Positions 7,076 to 14,743 of a DNA stretch of 32,402 nt are shown piece after piece. A program made the position numbers and the translations under genes. How positions within the stretch are numbered: position 1 is the first letter of the stretch; every line of letters begins with the position of its first letter. Under the pieces are notes generated by a model. The model worked only from the letters and a program-made list of their open reading frames with translations. It was not told the origin of the DNA and ran no database searches. Location: positions 1 to 32,402 of IMG/VR virus record IMGVR_UViG_3300044512_001183, one strand, 5' to 3'. This stretch comes from a virus. Taxonomy: Duplodnaviria; Caudoviricetes.

Positions 7076-9575
7076 ACCAAATGCAGGTATGAAGTCAGAA
7101 GCTCAAAAGGGCTTAGACTGGCGTGAAGAATTTGGCAGAGGTGGTACTAGAGTTGGTGCCGTAAGAGCAAGGCAAATAGTGGCTGGTGAAAATCTTTCAG
7201 ATGAAACTATTAAAAGAATGTTTAGTTTTTTTTCTAGACATGAAGTTGATAAAAAAGCCGAAGGTTTTAGTCCTAGTGAAGAAGGTTATCCTTCTAATGG
7301 AAGAATAGCTTGGGCATTATGGGGCGGAGACGCAGGATATAGTTGGTCAAGAAAATTGGTAAATAAAATGAAAAATGAAGAAGATAGAGCGGCGCCTAAC
7401 GCATTAAGTGTAGGAGATTTTGTAAGCTGGGATAATCCAGGCGGGAGAGCCAAAGGTAAAATTACAAAAGTAGCAAGAGATGGAAAAATTAATGTTCCCG
7501 GTACTGATTTCTCTATTACAGGAACACAAGATGATCCTGCTGCATTAATAAGAGTTTATAGAAGTGGTGAACCTACTGATACACAAGTTGGTCATAAGTT
7601 TAGTACTCTAAACAAAATTAGCCCAATTAGGGGTTTAAACGATTTCAATTCAAATGAATTGGAAGTACATCCAGTAGAAAATACTGAGGAGAAAACTATG
7701 TTAAAAGAAGATAGACATATCCTTAGCGTTTCTGAAACCGATAGCTCTGTAGTTATTGAGTTTGAAAAACATGAGGATGTAAATCAAGAAGATGATGAAG
7801 AAAGATTAATTGATACTGAAATAGAGTATCGAACTTATGATTTTAGAAAAGGTCTAATTGATGAGGAAGAAAGAAGGGTTCGTATAGGAGTGTCCTCCGA
7901 AGAGCCAGTTGAGAGAAATTTCGGGATGGAAATTTTGTCTCACAATGCTGAAGATATAGATATGGAATTTATGTCTTCAGGTAGAGCACCATTATTGCTT
8001 GATCATGATATGACAAAGCAGATTGGTGTTGTTGAAGAATATAAACTTGATGAGACAGCAAAAAGGACAGTTGCTGTAGTTAGATTTGGTAGATCTGACC
8101 TAGCTCGTGAAGTTTTTCAGGATGTAGCCGACGGAATCAAACAAAATATTTCTGTTGGTTATAGAGTAAATAAACTGAACAAAGACAAAGACAAAGATGG
8201 CTATTATAGAGCTAGTTGGACTCCAATGGAAGCAAGCATAGTATCTATACCAGCCGATCAATCTAAAGTTGTTGGAGTTGGACGTTCAAAATCATTTAAG
8301 GAAATAAAAATGAGCGAAGTAAAAAACGAAGTTAATCAAGAGATTAACGTTGAAGAAGTTAGAGCTCAATCTGTTGCAGAAGCAAAAGCAGAATTTAAAA
8401 GAAACTCAAAAGAGATTTTAGATTTAGCTGCAAGACACAACAGAAGAGATCTAGCAGATAAAGCTATTTCCGAAGGTAATTCTGTTGAAGAATTTAGAGG
8501 CATTTTGTTGGAAAATATTTCTAACGATCAGCCTTTAGAGACTCCTGAAATTGGAATGACTCCTAAGGAAGTAAAAAGATTTAGTTTGGTAAAAGCTATC
8601 AATGCATTAGCTAATCCAACTGATCGTAGAGCGCAAGAAGAAGCTGCATTCGAATTCGAATGTTCAGCTGAGGCTGCTAAAAGATATGGCACAACATCAC
8701 AAGGTGTTATGCTTCCACCAGAAGTTCTAGGAAACTGGAAACGTGATATTAACACTTCAGATGATTCAGCTTTAATCGCTGAAGACTTCAGAGGTCAAGA
8801 TTTCATTGACGTTCTTAGAAATGAATCATCAGTCATGAGAGCTGGCGCTACTATGCTACAAGGACTTAAAGGCGATGTTGTCATACCTAAGAAAACTGGT
8901 ACTTCAAGCCCAGGATGGATTGCAACTGAAGGCGGAGATTCTGCTGAAAGTGAATTCACAGTAGGTCAAGTTACTATGAGCCCTAAAACTGTTGGTGCTC
9001 ATACAGAAGCTTCAAGACTTATGCTTATGCAATCATCATTAGATGTTGAAAATCTAATTAGAGATGATTTAACAAGATCAATAGCAACATCTATTGACCT
9101 TGGTGCATTAGCTGGTTCAGGATCTTCAGGCCAACCTACAGGTATTAAAAATACATCTGGAATCAATACAACAACTTTTGCTGCTGCTGTCCCAACATGG
9201 GCTGAGCTAGTGGCAATGGAATCTGCAGTAGCAAATGATAATGCGTTACTTGGTTCTTTAGGTTATATTATGAGACCAGCTGATTATGGCAACTTAAAAA
9301 CTGTTGAAAAAGCTACTAACACAGCTCAATTTATCGTTGAGCCAGGTGGCAATGTTAATGGTTATAATGTTGTTAAATCAAATCAAGTTACCGCTGGTGA
9401 TTATTTCTTCGGTAACTTTGCAGACCTATTAATAGGTATGTATGGCGGTTTGGATATCTTAGTTGATCCTTACTCAAACTCAAAATCAGGAACAATTAGA
9501 ATTGTTGCTTTACAAACTGTTGATTGTGCGGTTCGCCACGCAGTTAGCTTCTGTTTGTCAAATGACGGCGCTTAA
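7068..9575 (+). CDS. Multidomain head protein: N-terminal accessory domains + prohead protease + major capsid protein (HK97 fold)
   Basis: PLLLDHD, ISVGYRV and WTPMEASIVSIPAD protease motifs; capsid motifs (FSLVKAI, SPKTVGA, GSGSSGQPTGI, FGNFADL). ATG 7068 is more plausible than GTG 7044. Confidence 0.92.
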   Translation: MARPNAGMKSEAQKGLDWREEFGRGGTRVGAVRARQIVAGENLSDETIKRMFSFFSRHEVDKKAEGFSPSEEGYPSNGRIAWALWGGDAGYSWSRKLVNKMKNEEDRAAPNALSVGDFVSWDNPGGRAKGKITKVARDGKINVPGTDFSITGTQDDPAALIRVYRSGEPTDTQVGHKFSTLNKISPIRGLNDFNSNELEVHPVENTEEKTMLKEDRHILSVSETDSSVVIEFEKHEDVNQEDDEERLIDTEIEYRTYDFRKGLIDEEERRVRIGVSSEEPVERNFGMEILSHNAEDIDMEFMSSGRAPLLLDHDMTKQIGVVEEYKLDETAKRTVAVVRFGRSDLAREVFQDVADGIKQNISVGYRVNKLNKDKDKDGYYRASWTPMEASIVSIPADQSKVVGVGRSKSFKEIKMSEVKNEVNQEINVEEVRAQSVAEAKAEFKRNSKEILDLAARHNRRDLADKAISEGNSVEEFRGILLENISNDQPLETPEIGMTPKEVKRFSLVKAINALANPTDRRAQEEAAFEFECSAEAAKRYGTTSQGVMLPPEVLGNWKRDINTSDDSALIAEDFRGQDFIDVLRNESSVMRAGATMLQGLKGDVVIPKKTGTSSPGWIATEGGDSAESEFTVGQVTMSPKTVGAHTEASRLMLMQSSLDVENLIRDDLTRSIATSIDLGALAGSGSSGQPTGIKNTSGINTTTFAAAVPTWAELVAMESAVANDNALLGSLGYIMRPADYGNLKTVEKATNTAQFIVEPGGNVNGYNVVKSNQVTAGDYFFGNFADLLIGMYGGLDILVDPYSNSKSGTIRIVALQTVDCAVRHAVSFCLSNDGA

Positions 9576-9595
9576 GTAACTGATGCTAAGTTGGA

Positions 9596-9617
9596 ATGGG
9601 GGCAGTAATGCCCCCAT
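9596..9617 (+). terminator. Hairpin after capsid gene (possible weak terminator or mRNA-stabilising stem)
   Basis: ATGGGGGCA-GTAA-TGCCCCCAT, a perfect 9-bp stem with a GNRA loop; poor U-tract. Confidence 0.6.
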
Positions 9618-9627
9618 ACTTAAAAAA

Positions 9628-9840
9628 ATGAAATATTTAATATTAGTAGATACCGTAGCAAACGGTAAAAAAGTGCAAGCTGGCGATATTGTAGAATTAA
9701 ACCAACAAGAAGGTAATATTTTAATTAGCTACAATAAGGCTAGTGTACACATTGAAAAAAAATCTGAAAAAAAAGATAGAAGCGTAGGGTTAGAAAAATC
9801 CGAAGCTCCAAAGGTTAGCAAAAGAACTGCTAAAAAATAA
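9628..9840 (+). CDS. Small Lys-rich head-associated protein
   Basis: ATG after the hairpin, in frame with the ORF track entry 9583-9840; AGDIVEL motif and basic tail typical of small genes following capsid genes. Confidence 0.6.
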   Translation: MKYLILVDTVANGKKVQAGDIVELNQQEGNILISYNKASVHIEKKSEKKDRSVGLEKSEAPKVSKRTAKK

Positions 9841-10241
9841 TGGCGTTAGAGTCCCAGGCAGATTTTAATGCATATGTTTCTACCTCGGGGCACGGAGTTA
9901 CAGGTACTTTTTTTGAAGTACAACAGTCTTTATGGGATGATAGATTGGGTCTTATAGATACCTGGTATGATATTGATTCAGGTAATGCTGAAAATATAAA
10001 ATTTATATTAGATCAAGCATATTTTGGTATACCTGGTGGGTCTGTTGATATTAACGCATATCAACCTGTAGCATATATCAAATCTACAGATGCTCCTTAT
10101 ATTTCACACGCAGATAGATTAATAGTTAATCCAATAACAACAAAACTTGGAAAAGTTATCGCTCCAGAAACAAGTTATAAAATTATAAATGTTCAAAAAG
10201 ATAATGTAGGTTTTGTTACTTTATTACTAGAAGAAGAATGA
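9840..10241 (+). CDS. Head-tail joining / head closure protein (gpFII-like), paralog 1
   Basis: Position, size and C-terminal SYKIINVQKDNVGFVTLLLEE beta-barrel motif. Confidence 0.6.
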   Translation: MALESQADFNAYVSTSGHGVTGTFFEVQQSLWDDRLGLIDTWYDIDSGNAENIKFILDQAYFGIPGGSVDINAYQPVAYIKSTDAPYISHADRLIVNPITTKLGKVIAPETSYKIINVQKDNVGFVTLLLEEE

Positions 10242-10594
10242 GTGATTGGAATATAGAATTTGACGAAGATTTTGCTGGTTATTTTGATAGTGATTTTGGC
10301 CATGCAATCACAGCAACATATACACCCTCTGGTGGAACATCAAAAACAATTAAAGTCATAAGAGATGAAGAATATAATGATATTATTGACGGAGAAGTCA
10401 GTATAGAATCATATACACCTATTGCTTTGGTTTATTTTGATGATGTACAAAATGTTGCAACAGGAGATGATTTGGTTGTTAATGCTTATAAAGATCTAGA
10501 TGGAAATGTATTAAAGGCTCAAACAAGTTATAAAATAGTAAATATAGAAAATGATAGAACAGGAATCATAAAACTGATATTAGAAGAACAATAA
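10238..10594 (+). CDS. Head-tail joining / head closure protein (gpFII-like), paralog 2
   Basis: FDSDFGHAITATYTP, GDDLVV and SYKIVNIENDRTGIIKLILEE motifs. Confidence 0.7.
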   Translation: MSDWNIEFDEDFAGYFDSDFGHAITATYTPSGGTSKTIKVIRDEEYNDIIDGEVSIESYTPIALVYFDDVQNVATGDDLVVNAYKDLDGNVLKAQTSYKIVNIENDRTGIIKLILEEQ

Positions 10595-11040
10595 TGGCAA
10601 ATCATATTAGACAACAGATACGCGAAAAAGTTGGTACAACTCTTACTGGTTTAACTACCACATCTTCTAATGTATTTCAATCTAGGGTTTATCCTTTAGA
10701 AAATGCTAACTTGCCAGCAATTATAATTTACACAAAATCAGAAGATTCTGAGCCTGTTGTAATCGGTACAAACAGACTTATGAATAGACAATTAACATTG
10801 GCCGTTGAGGCATATGTAAAGAGTGTATCTAATAGTGATGATACTATAGATACTATAACCAAGGAAGTAGAATCTGCTTTAGCTGCTGATACAACGTTAG
10901 ATGGTTTAGCTAAAGATACGTATTTAGAATCTACTGAAGTAACTTACACAGGAGAAGGTGAAAAACCAATTGCTGTATGTACAATGAATTTTATAATTGA
11001 ATATTGTACCGCTCAATCAAATCCTGATGTAGCAGCATAG
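10594..11040 (+). CDS. Tail terminator / tail completion protein (gpU-like)
   Basis: HIRQQIR, VFQSRVYPL..LPAIIIY and EVESALAADTTLDGL motifs; upstream of tail tube. Confidence 0.78.
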   Translation: MANHIRQQIREKVGTTLTGLTTTSSNVFQSRVYPLENANLPAIIIYTKSEDSEPVVIGTNRLMNRQLTLAVEAYVKSVSNSDDTIDTITKEVESALAADTTLDGLAKDTYLESTEVTYTGEGEKPIAVCTMNFIIEYCTAQSNPDVAA

Positions 11041-11049
11041 GAGATAATT

Positions 11050-11208
11050 ATGAAAATGATTAGTCCAGATGGAAAAGTTTCTATAGACGCTCATCCTTCA
11101 AAGGTTGGGTCTTTATTGAATAAGGGTTGGAAAGAAGAAGCAGCCCAAGTAATTAAATCTTCTTCTAAAAAGTCGAAAGACGAGGTAATTGAAAATGGCG
11201 ACTCATAA
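11050..11208 (+). CDS. Small hypothetical protein (52 aa), absent from the ORF track
   Basis: AGGAG SD; MKMISPDGKVSIDAHPSKVGSLLNKGWKEE...; fills the gap between terminator and tube genes. Confidence 0.65.
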   Translation: MKMISPDGKVSIDAHPSKVGSLLNKGWKEEAAQVIKSSSKKSKDEVIENGDS

Positions 11209-11584
11209 AGGAAGCGAAGGCACCGTTAAGGTCGGTTCTAATGCTATAGCTGAAATTAGATCATATTCAATAGAGGAAAGTGCTGACACAATTGAAGATA
11301 CAAGTATGGGCGATAGCGCTCGTACCTACAAAGCTTCTTTGACACAGTTTTCAGGATCTATTGATGTATTCTGGGATGAAACAGATACAAGCGGTCAAGG
11401 AGCTCTAGATGTTGGTTCTGAAGTAACATTAAACTTTTATCCAGAAGGTGATACATCTGGCGATACTTATTATTCAGGTAGCGCTATTGTAACAGGTGTA
11501 ACTAGGACTGGTTCGTTTGATGGTATGGTAGAAGCATCTATTTCTGTTCAAGGGAACGGAGCATTAACTGAATCTACTGTTTAA
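11195..11584 (+). CDS. Major tail tube protein
   Basis: GAGGT SD before ATG 11195; IAEIRSYSIEES, IEDTSMGDS and SISVQGNGAL motifs; canonical position. Confidence 0.85.
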   Translation: MATHKGSEGTVKVGSNAIAEIRSYSIEESADTIEDTSMGDSARTYKASLTQFSGSIDVFWDETDTSGQGALDVGSEVTLNFYPEGDTSGDTYYSGSAIVTGVTRTGSFDGMVEASISVQGNGALTESTV

Positions 11585-11925
11585 TGAAACCAATAGATAG
11601 AGCTAAAAATCATTTTGAGTCAAAAGACATAAAAGTGATTGAAGTGCCTGAATGGGCAGATGACGACGGTCAACCTTTAAAAATATTTGCTAAACCATTA
11701 ACATTAGCAGAAACATCTAAACTTTATAAAATGAGTAAAGAAGATGATTTGACTATGATGGCTTATGTATTAATTTATAAGGCATTAGATGAAAATGGTG
11801 ACAAAATGTTTGAATTAAGTGACAAGATGTCACTTTTGCATAACGTTGATCGAGAAGTCTTAGTAAGGATAGCAACCGATATAATGGATTCTCCTTCAGT
11901 GGAGGATCAAAGAAAAAACTCCTAG
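11584..11925 (+). CDS. Tail assembly chaperone (gpG-like)
   Basis: IEVPEW and ALDENGDKMF motifs; lies between tube and tape measure; ends at a slippery site. Confidence 0.85.
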   Translation: MKPIDRAKNHFESKDIKVIEVPEWADDDGQPLKIFAKPLTLAETSKLYKMSKEDDLTMMAYVLIYKALDENGDKMFELSDKMSLLHNVDREVLVRIATDIMDSPSVEDQRKNS

Positions 11926-12071
11926 AGGATAGTGAGCTCTTTGCTCAATATGCTTTAGCTGATCGACTTGGTAAAACCTTATCGGAATTACAGGAGATCA
12001 CTATCCGCGAGTTTAATGGTTGGATGGCTTATTTAGAAGTTTTACAAGAGAAACATAATGGCAAAAAATAA
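11913..12071 (+). CDS. -1 frameshift extension of tail chaperone (gpT-like segment of gpGT)
   Basis: A AAA AAC heptamer at 11913-11919; the -1 frame reads LLEDSELFAQYALADRLGKTLSELQEITIREFNGWMAYLEV...KK, stop 12069-12071. Confidence 0.85.
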   Translation, partial: KKLLEDSELFAQYALADRLGKTLSELQEITIREFNGWMAYLEVLQEKHNGKK

Positions 12072-13590
12072 ATTAGATATAGTATTTCAAGGTATTGATA
12101 ATACGAAAAAAGCCTTTAACTCTATAAGTAAAGGTCTTACAAAAGTAACGACAAAATCAACTGCTGCAGCTAGAAATGTTGGACGTATTGGTTTTGCTGC
12201 CACCGCAGCAGGAGCTGCAATAGGAGCTTTTGTTAAAGTTAATACTGATGCCGTTGATAGACTTGGTAAAACAGCTGATAAGTTAGGGATTAATGTAGAG
12301 TTATTACAACAAATGAGGTTTGCAGCTGAGCAAACTGGTATAGCTCAGAACACATTAGATATGGCTCTCCAAAGATTTATTAGGAGGGTTGGTGAGGCAC
12401 AGAATGGAACAGGTGAAGCAAAAGCTGCTTTAGAAGAACTAGGTATACAACTTAAAAATACAGACGGTTCATTTAGAAGTACTAAAGATGTTTTATTTGA
12501 TGTTGCAGATGGTATACAAAATACTGAAGACGCATCAACAAGATTAAGACTGGCTTTTAAATTCTTTGACTCAGAAGGTGCTGCTTTAGTCAATACTTTA
12601 AAAGGTGGGTCAGAAGGCTTAGAGGGATTTTTTACAGAGGCAGAAGCGGCTGGTTTATTATTAGACAGTCAAACAGTCGATGCTTTTGAGAAATTCAAAG
12701 ATACATCAAATGTTTTATTTAAACAAATAAGCACATTAACAAAATATATTGTTGCTGCATTTTTACCAGTTTTACAAGGTTTAGTAGAAAGATTTTCTAC
12801 TATGATAAAAACTACATCAGAGGCTGTAGGTGGTTTTAAAGAGCTAGGAAGAACTATTGCAGTTAACATGGTTAATGCATTTGAAAAAGTTGTTGTAGCA
12901 ATGGCAACATTTAGTAACGCAACTTTAGATTTATTTAATGCTTTTGGTATTTTGGACGGTGCAATAGTAGATATTGATGCTCTTAAAGCAAGGTTTGATG
13001 GAATAAGACAAAGTGTAAGTGCAATACCTGAGCCGTTAAAAGAAGTTAATAAAGAAATAAACAAAACAGGAGATAATGCAAAAAAACTTTCTCAACCAGT
13101 GCAAGCTTTTGTAACTGAACTACAAGACACAGAAAAATCTTTACAAAAGCTAACAGTAAGCTCTATGAAAAAATTTGAAGATTCTATTGTAGATTCTTTA
13201 AAATCAGGTAAACTAGAATTTAAACAATTTGCAGATTATGTTATAGAGCAACTATTAAGAATAGCAATTAAGAAAATGATAATTGCACCAATAACAGGTA
13301 AATTTGAAGGATTCTTAGAAGGTTTAGGTTTTGAAGGAGGAGGATATACCGGATCAGGTGCTAGAGCTGGTGGTGTAGATGGTAGAGGTGGATTTCCAGC
13401 TATATTACATCCTAACGAAACGGTTATAGACCATACAAAAGGTCAATCAATGAGTGGTGCTACAGTTAACTTCAACATATCAACAGTTGATGCTGCTGGA
13501 TTTGATCAATTATTAGCATCAAGAAAAGGAATGATTACTTCTATCATTAATCAAGCAATGAATAGTAGAGGGAAAATGGGTGTAGTATGA
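12058..13590 (+). CDS. Tape measure protein (short, 510 aa)
   Basis: Ala/Gly-rich helical sequence after chaperones; C-terminal GGYTG..RAGGVDGRGGFPAILHPNETV motif. Confidence 0.9.
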   Translation: MAKNKLDIVFQGIDNTKKAFNSISKGLTKVTTKSTAAARNVGRIGFAATAAGAAIGAFVKVNTDAVDRLGKTADKLGINVELLQQMRFAAEQTGIAQNTLDMALQRFIRRVGEAQNGTGEAKAALEELGIQLKNTDGSFRSTKDVLFDVADGIQNTEDASTRLRLAFKFFDSEGAALVNTLKGGSEGLEGFFTEAEAAGLLLDSQTVDAFEKFKDTSNVLFKQISTLTKYIVAAFLPVLQGLVERFSTMIKTTSEAVGGFKELGRTIAVNMVNAFEKVVVAMATFSNATLDLFNAFGILDGAIVDIDALKARFDGIRQSVSAIPEPLKEVNKEINKTGDNAKKLSQPVQAFVTELQDTEKSLQKLTVSSMKKFEDSIVDSLKSGKLEFKQFADYVIEQLLRIAIKKMIIAPITGKFEGFLEGLGFEGGGYTGSGARAGGVDGRGGFPAILHPNETVIDHTKGQSMSGATVNFNISTVDAAGFDQLLASRKGMITSIINQAMNSRGKMGVV

Positions 13591-14192
13591 GTGGTGCTTT
13601 TCCTACAAGTCCTAAGTTTAGGACATTAAACTTTCAGAACAATAGACCAACTCTTATGAACCAGTCTATCTCTGGCAGAAGGGCTGTGAGACAAATAGGA
13701 TCACAATATTTTACTTTTAGTGTCTCAATGCCACCATTAGATCAAGATGATGCAATGGATGTATTTGCATTTTTGCAAAAGCAAAAGGGTGGATTTGAAA
13801 CATTTACAATACAACTACCAACACAAAACAGAGGAGCTGACAAAACAAATACCTCAGTTCAAACAGTTGGTACTCACAGTGCTGCTGATGGCACAATTTC
13901 ATTAGATGGCTTTACAGCGAGCACGTCAGGCGTTCTCAAAGCAGGCGATCTAATTAAGTTTAATGGTCATAGCAAGGTTTACATGATTCAGGCTGATGTA
14001 GATTCAGATAGTGGTGGAGCTGCAACAGTTCTTATTGAGCCTAATTTAGTTGAAACCCTTGCTGACAATGAAGCAGTTACAATGAACCAGCCCAGTTTTA
14101 CAGTATATCTTCCTAGCGAAGAAATATTGTATGCAACTGATCCTACTGGTTTTTATTCTATTTCATTCGATGTTAGGGAAGTCATCAGCTAA
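13587..14192 (+). CDS. Distal tail protein
   Basis: Directly after the tape measure; SISGRR, FLQKQKGGFETF and LKAGDLIKFNGHSKVY motifs. Confidence 0.72.
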   Translation: MSGAFPTSPKFRTLNFQNNRPTLMNQSISGRRAVRQIGSQYFTFSVSMPPLDQDDAMDVFAFLQKQKGGFETFTIQLPTQNRGADKTNTSVQTVGTHSAADGTISLDGFTASTSGVLKAGDLIKFNGHSKVYMIQADVDSDSGGAATVLIEPNLVETLADNEAVTMNQPSFTVYLPSEEILYATDPTGFYSISFDVREVIS

Positions 14193-14743
14193 TGCCACGT
14201 TCAATATCATCAGGATTACAAACACAAATTGCCAACGATGCTAATAAGATAGCATTTCTTGTTGAGCTTAATCTTTCTACAGTTTTAAGATTTACAGATT
14301 ATTATTCCGATGTGACTTACGATTCTAACTCCTATGAAGCTGGTGGAGATTTTATTAGTATTGACACAAGCAATGAAACAGGTGAAGCGAAGTCTGAAGA
14401 AATAGTTATTACTATGTCTAATGTAAATTCTACTGTTAGAGACTTAATAGAAAGTGGTGATTACACAGACAAACAAGCAAATATATACATAGCTTTTTTT
14501 GACACCAATGAAAGCTTGGTTGATGCTACAACTTACTTCTCAGGAATTATCAATAATGCTTCACTGTCAGAAAGTGGCAATATTTCTAGCGTTTCAATCT
14601 ATGTTGCAAATCATTGGGCAAATTGGAATCTAAGAAAGGGCAGGCATTTTTCTGATGAGTCTCAACAGAATATTTATTCTGGTGATAAAGGTTTGGAATA
14701 TGCAGATCAAACAAAAGAAGATATTCGCTGGGGGTCTGATTAA
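14192..14743 (+). CDS. Minor tail / hub protein (gpL/DUF2163-like)
   Basis: FLVELNL..LRFTD, SQQNIYSGDKGLEY and IRWG motifs. Confidence 0.7.
   Translation: MPRSISSGLQTQIANDANKIAFLVELNLSTVLRFTDYYSDVTYDSNSYEAGGDFISIDTSNETGEAKSEEIVITMSNVNSTVRDLIESGDYTDKQANIYIAFFDTNESLVDATTYFSGIINNASLSESGNISSVSIYVANHWANWNLRKGRHFSDESQQNIYSGDKGLEYADQTKEDIRWGSD

Noticed and set aside
9583-9627. N-terminal extension of ORF 9583-9840
   Set aside because: It runs through the GC-rich hairpin; ATG 9628 is the more plausible start.
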